Positions 49,301 through 62,120 of a stretch of 64,000 bases of DNA are shown here, in pieces. The DNA lies in the NCBI GenBank assembly GCA_964016885.1, contig OZ024741.1, positions 237,708,001 to 237,772,000 of the forward strand. Reading direction: 5' to 3'. The stretch comes from Eledone cirrhosa. Lineage: Eukaryota. Within the stretch, counting starts at the first letter, position 1; every line of letters begins with the position of its first letter. Both the position numbers and the translations under genes were made by a program. Below the pieces are notes generated by a model. It was not told where the DNA came from. It did not search any database and saw nothing but the letters and a program-made list of their open reading frames with translations.

Positions 49301-50640
49301 GGTGTAGTGATTGTGGTTCTAGCTACAGTGGTGTACTGGTTGTGGTTCTAGTTACAGTGGTGTAGTGGTTGTGGTTCTAGTTATAGTGGTGTAGTGGTTG
49401 TGGTTCTAGTTACAGTGGGGTAGTGGTTGTGGTTCTAGTTACAGTGGTGTAGTGGTTGTGGTTCTAGTTATAGTGGTGTAGTGGTTGTGGTTCTAGTTAT
49501 AGTGGTGTAGTGGTTGTGGTTCTAGTTATAGTGGTGTAGAGGTTGTGGTTCTAGTTACAGTGGTGTAGTGGTTGTGGTTCTAGTTATAGTGGTGTAGAGG
49601 TTGTGGTTCTAGTTATAGTGGTGTAGTGGTTGTGGTTCTAGTTATAGTGGTGTAGAGGTTGTGGTTCTAGTTATAGTGGTGTAGTGGTTGTGGTTCTAGT
49701 TACAGTGGTGTAGAGGTTGTGGTTCTAGTTACAGTGGTGTAGTGGTTGTGGTTCTAGTTATAGTGGTGTAGAGGTTGTGGTTCTAGTTATAGTGGTGTAG
49801 TGGTTGTGGTTCTAGTTACAGTGGTGTAGTGGTTGTGGTTTCTAGTTATAGTGGTGTAGAGGTTGTGGTTCTAGTTACAGTGGTGTAGTGGTTGTGGTTC
49901 TAGTTATAGTGGTGTAGAGGTTGTGGTTCTAGTTATAGTGGTGTAGTGATTGTGGTTCTAGTTATAGTGGTGTAGAGGTTGTGGTTCTAGTTATAGTGGA
50001 GTAGTGGTTGTGGTTCTAGTTATAGTGGTGTAGTGGTTGTGGTTCTAGTTACAGTGGTGTAGTGGTTGTGGTTCTAGTTATAGTGGTGTAGAGGTTGTGG
50101 TTCTAGTTATAGTGGAGTAGTGGTTGTGGTTCTAGTTATAGTGGTGTAGAGGTTGTGGTTCTAGTTATAGTGGTGTAGAGGTTGTGGTTCTAGTTACAGT
50201 GGTGTAGTGGTTGTGGTTCTAGTTATAGTGGTGTAGAGGTTGTGGTTCTAGTTATAGTGGTGTAGTGGTTGTGGTTCTAGTTATAGTGGAGTAGTGGTTG
50301 TGGTTCTAGTTATAGTGGTGTAGTGGTTGTGGTTCTAGTTATAGTGGAGTAGTGGTTGTGGTTCTAGTTATAGTGGAGTAGTGGTTGTGGTTCTAGTTAT
50401 AGTGGTGTAGTGGTTGTGGTTCTAGTTATAGTGGAGTAGTGGTTGTGGTTCTAGTTATAGTGGAGTAGTGGTTGTGGTTCTAGTTATAGTGGTGTAGTGG
50501 TTGTGGTTCTAGTTACAGTGGTGTAGTGGTTGTGGTTCTAGTTATAGTGGTGTAGAGGTTGTGGTTCTAGTTACAGTGGTGTAGAGGTTGTGGTTCTAGT
50601 TACAGTGGTGTAGTGGTTGTGGTTCTAGTTACAGTGGTGT
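46320..50640. repeat. Minisatellite: about 23-bp units (46320-46730), then about 135 copies of a 29-bp unit
   Basis: Unit gttayagtggtgtagwggttgtg expands to gttayagtggtgtagwggttgtggttcta. Confidence 0.98.
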
Positions 50641-50809
50641 GACAGTAGATGCTCTATGGCTTGGTATCCTTTGATCATGTGATCTATTTGTATCTGTTTC
50701 TTCACTGGTGAGGTTGATGAGGAAAGATGAGTGAATGATGACAGGTGCACGTAGACAGACACACACAGACAGACACACACACACACACACACATAATATA
50801 TAAATACAT

Positions 50810-50844
<35 letters not shown>

Positions 50845-51385
50845 TATATATATACAGATGTATATGGATATGTACACACACACACACTATATATATATAT
50901 ATATATATATACCTATGTATATATATATATATATATACACACATATATATAGTGTATGCCTGTATTTGTATATATGAAAAAAGTTAAATTCTGAGATTAA
51001 GATTTAGATAATCAACTCATGAAAGTATGAATAAAGTATGAGGCTGGTAGCAGGACTGATATCTATATATATAAAGAGAGAGAGAGGGAGAGAGAGAGAG
51101 AGAGGTAGAGAGAGGGAGAGAGAGGGAGAGAGAGGGAGTGAGGGAGAGAGAGAGTTTTACAAGGTGTGGAGATTCCAGCTAAGACACCTGATTGAGTGTT
51201 TGATGTGTTTACTTTACTGGAATATATTTCAGTTTTAAATCTGTTCAGTCTGAGGAGATTAATAATGACAGCATCATTGGTGATGCTTGTGGTGGCGGCG
51301 GTGCTAGAGATACTGTTGCTTACAGTGGTAATGGAGCTGCTTGTGTAATTGTGCCAACTATATATATATATGTGTGTGTGTGTGC

Positions 51386-51432
<47 letters not shown>

Positions 51433-51584
51433 TATACACATCATGATCATCACTGTTTAATCTCTACTTTCCACACATGCATGTTGTGAAACAAGTCAGA
51501 TCAAGTGACTCTGTCTTGCTCATACAGAACTGTTTCTGGCTAGTTTCTATGATTGGATGCCCTTCCTAATGTCAACCAGATTTA

Positions 51585-51950
51585 CAGTGTGGACTGGGTG
51601 CTTTTTATCATGGCACCAAAACGATTAATTGACAGGTTGGACTGGGTACTTTTTCATTGTGTCTCCGGTAAGACCACCATACAGAGTGACTGGGTGCTTT
51701 TTATCGTGTCACTGGCACAACTACTTTGCAGGGTGGGCTGGATACTTTTTGTCATGTCACAAACACGATCACTTTACAAGGTGGACTGGGTGCTTTTTAT
51801 CGTGTCACCAACATGGCCATCGTACAAGGTGGACTGGGTGCTTATTTGTCAAGTCACCAGCATGACCACCTTATAAGGTGGACTAGAGGTTTTTGTTGTG
51901 TCACCAGCATAATCACCTTACAGAGTGCACTAAGAGCTTTATGCCATTGC
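51585..51950. repeat. About 48-bp tandem array inside an RTE-related repeat
   Basis: gtggactgggtgctttttatcgtgtcacc recurs at about 48-bp spacing. A similar array lies at 33745-33940. Confidence 0.85.
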
Positions 51951-52461
51951 AGTAGTATTGTGGGAAAATGTGTCAAGATTTCCATTCTTGTATGCATGAG
52001 TTGAACAGGAGAGGTGTAGCAAGAGATGTGGAAGGTGGGAGGTTGTTAAGAGACCGTGTGGTGTGTTTATGCAGGAAATAAGTATATATATATGATTATC
52101 ATTATCAGCACTGTTTAATGTCCTTTTTTCCATGCTAGCATGGGCTATCATCTTTTAATGCCTGTTCTCTCTGCTAGCATATTAGCCATAAAAAATATCA
52201 GGGTTTATAGTAAAAATTATTTAATCTAATAATTCCTTGTTACAACATTCTATGTAAAGCTGCTTGAACCCTTGACTCTTCATTGACTCCCTCTTGTCAC
52301 TCTAGCCATCAACGTATTTCATTTTACAATCATTTAAAATGATTACAGTAATTTTCTTCATATTTTCATAATCATTATCACTGACCGTATAGTTTGAGTA
52401 CTCTTAACTTGACGATTGATGTAATTGGTCTGAGTCTGGTAATGTTGAGTAGTTCACTGAC

Positions 52462-52838
52462 TGGCAGTATCGGTAGAGGGTTGGATGCCATGCTTTGATG
52501 CATAGAGTTACGGCCCTTGCCATTCTGAGTTCAAATCCCGCCGAGGTTAACTTTGCCTTTCATCCTTACGGGGTCGATAAAATAAAGTACCAGTAATGCA
52601 CTGGGTAATTTCTGGCATTGTGCCAAAAGTAGAAACAATTATCACTATAGGGTGATAGATTGGCATTATCGGTAGAGCGTCAGACACCATGCTTTGCAGC
52701 ATAGAGTAACGGCCCTTTACGATCTGAGTTCAAATCCCGCCGAGGTTAACTTTGCCTTTCATCCTTACGGGGTCGATAAAATAAAGTACTAGTAATGCAC
52801 CGGGATAATTGCTGGCCTTGTGCCAAAAGTAGAAACAA
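52462..52838 (+). mobile_element. Head-to-tail SINE dimer
   Basis: Two copies, each with A box tggca.tatcggtagag and B box gagttcaaatcc. Confidence 0.92.
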
Positions 52839-53679
52839 CTAGATTATGATGACTTTGTTCTACCAATGATTATATATCTATTTATGGACTGCTATTGGGA
52901 TTCATGCTTTGTTGTTGGTGTTATTGTCGTTCTTGTTCAAAGATAGATACATTGGTAAATATACATAAATAGATAGCTATATCTTAGAGAGCAGTAGCTA
53001 TCTATTGCATGGAAAAGCAAACATAAAATGGTGATGATGATGAAGTAAGCTGAGAAGATCTAATAAGATTGAAACATGACTGTTGCTTTCACCATATTGG
53101 TATTTAAGACAAAGTCCATTTCCACTGGATTGGTTAAAAATGTCCTAAAAGATGTGGATAAAATGCTACTCTTTTGCTTGTTTTACTGGATTTAAAGTCC
53201 AAAAAGAGAATTTTAGTCTTGAAATTCCCAGTATAATATCAGTTGTTCAAAGCTTTTCCATTCACCATACTTAGAATGAGAGGCTCTATTTGATAGAAAT
53301 GTTATAGCTATGCTGTGGAACATGAGCTATTGAATGGACACAATGTCCCTTAATATACACTGTAGTGTCTTGTTGGAAGGTGTAGACCACACATCGAATA
53401 TTTAATGGAGGATATACAGCAATTAACCGCCAGGCAAGGATTCCTATATTACTTATGCCTTCTGCTGCTGGTACATTGAGGGATAATGTTTATGCCTGAG
53501 GACATAAGGCATTTAAGAGATGAGGAACACTTAACAGATGCCTACAGTCATGTTGAGGGTCATATGATATTTAATGAACCTTCCATGGATATGTGAGGGG
53601 ATGTAGGACATTTAACAGGCCCTCTACAGCTATGATGGGTTGAATGTATGAGACTTAAAGGCCTGTCATCCTCCATTCA

Positions 53680-54020
53680 GGTGGCGAATTAGCAGAGTCG
53701 CTAGAACGTCAGATAGAATGCTTTATGGTATTTGTTTCAGCTCTCTGCTCTCTGAGTTCAAATCCCACCGAGGTCAACTTTACCTTTCATCCTTTCAAGG
53801 TCGATAAAAAGAGTACCAGACTAGTACTGGGGTTGATTCTTCCTCTATATCTCTTTCTCATTTCCTCTCTCTCACTTTCTATTTTTCTCTCGAAGAAATC
53901 TACTGTACTCAGGCGTGGATAGGGATTGGCTTTGCCAGGCTTAAAATGCCAAGAAATACTGTATGTCACTACGGCATCCCTATGACTCTATCGGGAGTTA
54001 TGGGACCATACATACATACA
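53680..54020 (+). mobile_element. SINE variant with long 3' tail ending in (CATA)n
   Basis: tRNA head and core followed by gaagaaat..ggattggctttgccag..ccctatga..catacatac. A second copy is at 55615-55890. Confidence 0.8.
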
Positions 54021-54724
54021 TCCTCAATTCAAGGACTACTTATCAGACATTTTCAAGCCATGCCAAGGGATGTAAACTACTTAATAGGCCATGTCTAGCC
54101 ATATTAGGAGACATAAGCTACTCAACTGTCAACACGTATGTCACTCAATGAATCCTCTGTAGCCCCACTGCAGGATGTAGGCCACATAACAAATCGTCTA
54201 CAGTCATACCAGAGGACGCAGATCTCTTAACACTTCCTCTTTGGGCATAACAGAAAACTCAGGCTATATAAAAGATACTCAATGATAATGTTGAGGATCG
54301 TAGGTCACTGAAAGGATACTGTAAAATCATGCTGAATGATATAGGTCACTAAATAAACCCTCTAAGGTATCACAATGGAACATAGAACAGTTAATGAATG
54401 TTCTACATTTACATCAGTGGATATAAACTATTAGACAAAACATCGGAGGTCAAACTGGGAGTTGTCTTCTCTCTTCTACCTTCTATTTTCTTGTCTTGTC
54501 TTCTTCAGCATTTTGTCATATCTTCTTGTGTCTTCTGTTTTCAATCTTCTGCTTTTTACTTTCTACCCTTTTCTCTCTGCTGTCTTTTGAATTTTGTCTT
54601 CAGTTTTCTGTTTTTTGTCTTCTATCTTCTTTTTTTTTGGATTTTTATCTTCTACTTACTTCTGTCTTCAGTCTTCTGTTTTCTACCTTCTGTTTTCGTC
54701 TGTCATCTTCTGTCTTCTGCCTTC

Positions 54725-54840
54725 TACTACCCCAAAATATACTGTTTCTCTCTATTACCCCAAAATACACTGTTTCTCTCTACTACCCCAAAATACACTG
54801 TTTCTCTCTACCACTCAAGAATATACAGTTTCTCTCTACC
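54725..54840. repeat. 28-bp tandem repeat, about 4 copies, after a pyrimidine-rich tract
   Basis: tactaccccaaaatacactgtttctctc. Confidence 0.9.
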
Positions 54841-55614
54841 ATCTCAGAAGCCTTTGGTTAACTACAGGCTATAGTAAAATACACTTATTTGTTCAAGGTG
54901 CTTTGAAATGGTATTGAACCTGAAACTATATAGCTGCTTGGCAAACTTCTGAAACACACAGCCATGCCTGTGCCTGTTGGCAGGGAAATGTTTCAATAAT
55001 TGATAGATCAATAGTCGCAACATTGTTGGTTCTAAACAGAAGCTTGTCTATTGATTTACCTCATTTGATACATCCATTCTGTAGAATGTGAAAAGTGTAA
55101 GAGAAAACCAAAACTGAGTGTGTGAGACAATGCCTAATGGACCAGGGAAGAAGATAAACAGACCTGGCAGCCACTATTTCTTCTATTGAGAGACATTTAG
55201 AAATCAATTATGTTATTCAATCAGGAATCAGAATGGTATTAATCTAGAGGTAAAAAAGTAAAATATATAATAAGGAACTATTCATGTTTTTTTTTTATTA
55301 ATTCATTTATTTTTTGGCTACAGTTCTTCATTTTAAGAAGATTTTCTTTTGGAAATATTGATTCCCCCTGATGAGTCACAAAGCATGTTTTTTTACAATC
55401 AGTTGAATGAATCTTGTTACATAACTGATATTTATTTTATTAACTGTTTATTGAAGTGGTAAAAAACAATGTGAACTAGAACATGATTTGAACTTGAGTA
55501 TAGTGAGAGAGACAAGGGAGTATCTCTAACTTAGAGCAGAGTAAATACTACATGTGACTATGATTGAAAAGTATTGATGTTGTGATTTTATTGTGGATAT
55601 TTATGTTCATTGAA

Positions 55615-55890
55615 AGTCATTAGAACATTAGATAGAATGTTTTGTGGCATTTGTTTTGCCTTTCATCCTTTCAAGATTGATAAAAAAGTACGAATCCAGT
55701 ACTGGGGTCAATTCATTTCCTATATCACTTTCTCTCTATCTCTCTTTCTCTCTCCTTCTCTGGAAGAAATTGTCTATGTTCAGACTTGGAGAGAGGATTG
55801 GCTTTGCCAGATATAAAAAATGCCCCAGACATGTCATATGTTACTATGGCACCCTATGATTCCATCAGGAGTTACTGATCCATACATACA
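55615..55890 (+). mobile_element. SINE long-tail variant
   Basis: Co-linear with 53700-54020. Confidence 0.75.
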
Positions 55891-56949
55891 TATACATTGG
55901 CAATAGAAATGGGAGAAAGATATGTAGGGTCGGGTATAACATGTACATAATTCTCAATATTCAGTTGTTTATTTTTGAGGATTTATTATTTATTATAGTT
56001 TATACATTCATATTTTATGCAGTTATAATAAATCACATAATGTACATTAATACAGTAAATGTGCTTCTGTATTCTGGCTGAACCTTGGCAGTTAGGGAAG
56101 TGACCACAGGTTGGCTTTGTGAACGAGAGGAATGAAAGGATGAAGAAAAGTATTGTGTGGTCAGATTAGTTGTGGTTGTTTGCATGGACCTCGACCCCTG
56201 CACTCCTATGTATAGGAGAGAGGAGAGAGTGAAGTTGCTATTTGTATTTCACTATTCATTGTGGGCAATCTGCATGATAAACACACCAAGTACATGCTGT
56301 AAAGTGGTTGGTGATAGGAATGACATCCAGCCAAAGAAATTTTGCCAAGCAAAGGGTTAGGAGGACCCTTCAGTTATGACAAAGACATGACAACTTCTCT
56401 AGTGCTAGTGTCATGATAAAATACGCTCAGTATAGTGCAGGCCCATATGCAAATGAGATGCAGATAACTAAACTGTCTGGAAGGTTAGTGGCCCCACTTG
56501 GCTACTGACTTGGTTTCTGAAGACCCATCCAACCCTTGCAATGAAGATGATGATGACGATGATTATTGTTATGTCATTATTAGTTTGTATTTATTATCCT
56601 TGTCACAGGGCCTTGATGAAATATATTTTGCATTATAATGGTTCAAAGATGCTACATTTCCCTATACTGTATCGAAAAAACTTCCTTGTTCAATCTTTTG
56701 CTTTGTCTAACTACATTGAGAATCATGGCATTAGTATCAACATCAGCCTCACTTGCTGATGGAATATTGACTTTATCAGGTTGGTCTTTTGATTAGCTGA
56801 ACCTAATCTTTCTTTTGATTTTACTGTAAAGACCTGTCTTTTACTTTCCTCCTCATCTTCAAAACATTTTCATATTTGATCATTTTGTCATTCTTTATCA
56901 CTACTGACGTATTTCTGTCACTCTGTATTAGATTTCCAACCTTTTCAGG

Positions 56950-58480
56950 TATTTAGGAACATACAAAAGTGCATCAATACCAAAATACATTGTCAAAGGT
57001 GTTCTTATTTGATGATCCATCAATACTGAAGGGTTTTCCTTTCTTCCAGCACATAGAATTAACTGTTAAGTGAGTAGAAACATAAATAAATATGCACCAA
57101 AGCATCCAAATAACTTAGAAAAAGCTTTAACTCCCATTTTTAGTCTGTATCATTTTTTCAACCAGATCACTAGGTGCTAGTTAGTATGGTGGCATCTTAA
57201 AAGGTTTGTAACCTATCTTCTTAATGTACTCTAACAACATTTCATCATAGAATTCTGTAGCATAATCAGAAACCAACATATGTGGAACCAAATTCCTTGC
57301 AAAAATAGTTCTTAAAGCACTGATCACAGTTTTAACAGCCATTAACCCTGATGACTTCTGGTAAACCGGGAAATGTATAATCAAGTATCAGTAACAAATC
57401 AACAGCAGGAACATATAACCATGATTCATTAGATATAACCATGACTTTCGTGCAATTGTACAAGTATGTTCAGTAACTTTTGGTATGGGTTTAAGCTGGC
57501 CACATTTAGGGCAATTTCATGCATAATTTTCAACATCATTACTATATCCAGGTCACCATGCTTTTAGTTGCATTCTATTTCAAGTTGCTACAGTTCCACT
57601 CATGAATGTCTTTAATGAACATTTGATACAGCACTGCAGGAACAACAATAATGTCTCTGTTGCAAATAATTTCCTTATAAATTCTTATACCAATAAAATT
57701 TTCTTTTTATACATTTTGCATGGAACATTGAAATATCGTGCATGCTGTTTTTATAATGAATTATAAACATTTTCAATGCAGTAATGCAAGATGAGTACTT
57801 ACTGTTGATATTTTTTAGCTTTACCAGAAATTTTGATTTAATGGTAATCTTCAACCAAATCTATTTTTGCAAAATATTTCATACCTGTCAGCTTGTGTAA
57901 TAAGGTCTCAGTATTCAGGGTAGGTTCACACTTAGAACATATATTGGGATTTATTCAATCCTGTAGTCTGCACAAATACATAAATTGCTATTAGACTAAT
58001 GGGGAAGCCCACTTACGTCTTCCTAACTCAACCTTTTTATTTAACCATTATTCAGCATTTCTTCTTATTTCCCCACAAGGGAATAAAATGTATAGGAAAT
58101 TTTCTAGATTCCTAATATGAAGGTTTAATGTTATTTAGTAATTTTATTTCAACTTTATAACCTTTTAAGCACTTGTTATAAAAACTATGTATGATGAATA
58201 AGTGACGTACCATTACATCTCAAAACATCCATTCCAATAAAACCATGTTTCTTATAACATTCAATGGTAATTATGATAATTATAACATGTCTAGTTTTTG
58301 TTTTTGTATTAAAACAGTTACAAACTTTCCCATTAGTTTGATCAGTGAACCATCAAACTGTTTCTAGTTTGGGAGATACTAGCTTTATTCAGAAGTACTC
58401 AGAGATGATAGTAACACCACTGCCAATGTCCAATGGTATCTACATTTCAATATTATTCAACTCAATGGAGGTCAAAGAGC
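56950..58480 (-). mobile_element. Decayed Gypsy LTR-retrotransposon pol (protease, RT start, integrase)
   Basis: PLDIGSGVTIISE (protease), WASPLV and GMKYFAKIDL (RT), and VPHMLVSDYATEF..PPY (integrase), in Gypsy order. Confidence 0.8.
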
Positions 58481-58539
58481 TGATATTACTGTATGTATGT
58501 TATCTCTTTCTCTTAATTTCGAGTATATTTTTTTGACCG

Positions 58540-60300
58540 GCCACCTTCCTGGTAGCAAGGTTATAAAAGAAAAGAAATTGTCATCCCTTGAATCGCAAGA
58601 ATGTTTTGTAAATTTTGAAGGTGCCAGCTATCGCAGCCATTTGTAGACTATGAATTAGGGAGCTGCGCTCTTTGTCCGCAAATTCAAGTTCAGTCATACT
58701 TTGGTCCAAGCGGGTTGGTATATAACCCGTAGCTCCAATAATGATAGGTATGAAGCTAAAGGTGTATCTTGGATATTGGATTTATAAACTCCTCATCAAT
58801 GGTCCGTAGATGTCCTCCTTCTCCTGTATTTTTCTGACAACGTTTACATCAAGTGGGCAGCTGATCTCCACAACAGAACACGTTTTCAATGTGTGGTCCC
58901 AAACAACAATATCAGGCCGGTTGTGCTTTAATTTGGTGGCAGTTTTTATTTTCAGGTTCCACCAGTATTCCTTAGTGCCATCTGTCTCAATATATTCTTC
59001 CTCGTATGTTGTTAATTTTGTTTTCCGAAGTGCGTTCCAGATAGTTCTAGCTATCCCATCGTGTCTCATGGGGAGGTAGTAGAGAGATGACATTCTTTCG
59101 CAGCTGGCAACAATGTGGCTTACATCCTCGATCTTTGTTTTACATAGCCTACATTTATTGTCAGCTGATGGCCCTCCCCTTTTATGCAGCAGATATTTGG
59201 TAGGGAGTTCTTGTTCCTGTATTGCATAGAGATATCCCTCAAGGTGTGATGTCATAAACTTGTCGGAACTCCATGCCAAGCTTTTTGAGTGGTTTATCCC
59301 CCTCTATGGTCTGTGTTTTATGTCTCAAGTATCCATGCACAACTTTTTCTGTAAATTGGTCAATTTTTTCATCTTGTTTGAACATTGAATAGGATCTTCT
59401 GATTTCTCTGGGTGAGAGACTTATATCAGGCTTTATTCCATATCTCTCCTCCAGATCAGTGGCTATTCTAAAGATATATTTTTTTTCATGCTCATAAACC
59501 TGGGCAAGATGGTTGCCAACCTTTTTCCTCTGTTGAAGGTGTTGCTTCAGTGTTACTATCCGGGTCTCATATGATGTTAATATGGATTTTAGACCCCGGC
59601 CACCTTCCTTGCGTGAGAAGTATAGCCTATCCACATCACCATTGATGTTAAAGTTCCCAGTAACACTGAGAAGTTTGCAAGTTCTAACATCCATCTCACT
59701 TAGTTCTTGCAATGACCAGTTCAGCAGGCCAAATGTTGGCGTTAGAATTAGCACAGCATAAGTATTGTGGGCAATGTATTTGTTGTACGCTGACAGTTCT
59801 GATGACCATATTTTCTTTACTCTTCTGAGGTATTCAGTTCTGGTTCTCTCCTTATTTATGGGTCCATCATATCTGACATTCTCATCCTGTCCAAGATATC
59901 TGTAGTTGTCACCTGACTGTAGATGTTGTATTGTCAGGCCGTTCATCTCTAGATTTCTAGAGGAGGGCACAGCTCTTCCACATTTTACTGCCAAATATGC
60001 ACACTTGGACTCACCAAATTTCATTTGTCTGTTGAAAATTGTGTAATGAGGTCCAATTGTTTCTTGATGTCATTGATATTTGGCCCATACAACTTCAGGT
60101 CATCAACAAAGAAAAGATGGGAGATACTTCTGGACCCACTTCTTTGTCCACCTTGTTTCCTGAGTAGGTAAGATAGTGGATTTAGTGAGAGAACAAAGAG
60201 TAGCACTGACAAGCTATCACCCTGAAAGATGCCCTTCTGGTAATGTATCTTATCAGTCTAAACTTGCTCCTTCTCACCTCTAAGGATCAAATTGGTGTAC
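58540..60300 (-). mobile_element. R4/Dong-clade LINE (RT, CCHC, RLE), 5'-truncated
   Basis: GIFQGDSLS, HLFFVDDLKLYG, YRYLG, EGGRGLKS, CRLCK..SHIVASC, HNRPDIVVWD..EISCP. Confidence 0.95.
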
Positions 60301-60399
60301 CAGTATGTATGTATGTATGTATGTATGTATGTATGTATGTATGTATGTATGTATGTATGTATGTATGTATGTATGCATGTATGTATGTATTGATGCATT

Positions 60400-62120
60400 G
60401 ATGGTGGTACTTTACGAAGGAAAGGGAGCCAAAGATGACTGTGGCAATACAGAAGTATTTCACTGCTATCTGTGGCTGGGAATATCTTGTGCAGGATTTT
60501 GTTGGACATATTGATACAGCACATTGCTGTTGAGGTATTTCCTGAGTCCCAATGTGGCTTTAGGAATGGCAGAGGCACCGTTGACATGATCTTCTCGGCC
60601 AAACAACTTCAAGAGAAATGCATTGAGCAGCGCATGGACTTATATCAAGTTTTTGTCGATCTGACCAAGGCATTTGACACCATTAATCGGAAGGCTTTGT
60701 GGGTTATTTTTGAGAGATTGGGCTGTCCTGAAAAATTTGTGAATATACTGAAACTCTTCCACGATGACATGCAGGCATGGGTAAATATTAGAGGTAAACT
60801 GTCTGAGCCAATTTTGGTTGAAAATGGTGTCAAGCAAGGTGATATACCTGCACCAACTTTGTTTGCCTTGTATTTTGCAATGGTGTTCTTCGTGGCCTTC
60901 AAGGATTGTCAACACGGTATCTATCTTAGATATCGCACTTCTGGCAAGCTGTTTAACCTCAGGCATCTCACTGCCAACACTAAGGTACTGAGTACATTGA
61001 TCAGAGAATTTCTATATGGAGATGATTGTGATCTCTTTGCACACTCCCAGAATGACATGCAACACCTTACAAATTCTTTTTCCAATACGTGCAGTGCTTT
61101 GGGACTGACAATCAGCCTGAAGAAGACTGTCGTCATGTACCAACCTGCTCCAGATAAAGTTTTCAATGAACCCTCCATATACGTATACGGTCAAAAGCTG
61201 AAGGCTGCTGACACATTTGTGTATTTGGTGAGTACTCTGGATACAGAAGTTGGTCTACGTGTTAGTAAGGCAAGTGAGTCATTTGGAAGGCTCAGCAACC
61301 GTCTTTGGTGCAGGCAAGGAATCACAATGAGGTCCAAGGTGAGAGTGTATGCTGCATGTGCACTGTCAGCTTTGCTGTATGCGTATGAGACATGGGTTGC
61401 CTACAAATGGCATATCCATAGACTGGAACAGTTTCACCAGCAGTGTCTCAGAAAGATGCTCAGTATCAAGTGGCAGATGCATGTGAGTAATGTTGAGGTC
61501 CTTGAGAGAAGTGAGCATCAGAGCATTGAGAGTATCATCCACCAACAGCGTTTGAGATGGACCGGACATCTCTGCAGAATAGAGGATAATCGAATCCCAA
61601 AACAACTCTTGTATGGCGAGCTTTGTGAGAGTAAGAGACCACCTCACAAACCAAGGCTCTGATTCAAGGATTGTGTAAAGGACTCATTGAAAAAAAAAAC
61701 TGGTTTGATGATAGCTAAATGGGAGATAGAAGAAGCTCTTGAAGGAGAAACTTGGCGTGGAATGGTGAATGATGGGGTCCATAATTTTGAGGACAGACGC
61801 ATAGAGCACGAGAAGATCAAATGAGATGTGCGTAAGCAATGCCCTGGTGTATCTCTTGAAATGATCGGTGTCTCCATTGAATTGAAGTGCCCTGAGTGTG
61901 GAAAAATTTGCTTAAGCAAATCTGGTCTCAGGAGCCACAGTCGCAGCCATGTTCCAAGAGAACCAGTGAACTATGATCTCCATGGTATTGTGAGGGCTCA
62001 CAGGCAACCTGATGCAAGACCTGAGGCCAGGGAGATCCATAGTTGTCGTCAGTGTGAGAAGGAGTGCAAGTCTCTAGCAGGCTTGAAAAGCCATATCCGA
62101 GTGTCACAATACTCTTAGCA
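60400..62120 (+). mobile_element. RTE/BovB-like LINE with C-terminal C2H2 fingers, flanked by (TATG)n
   Basis: PESQCGFR, FVDLTKAFD, GVKQGD, LYGDDC and RLRWTGHL, then CPECGK..HSRSH and CRQCEK..SHIR. Confidence 0.95.

Noticed and set aside
46320-50640. Possible mucin-like Thr/Pro-rich coding repeat or CRISPR array
   Set aside because: The 29-bp unit is not a multiple of 3 and contains stop codons. There are no unique spacers and the context is eukaryotic.
55360-55400. CTGATGAGTC hammerhead-like start
   Set aside because: No closing stem II, GAAA or stem I follows.
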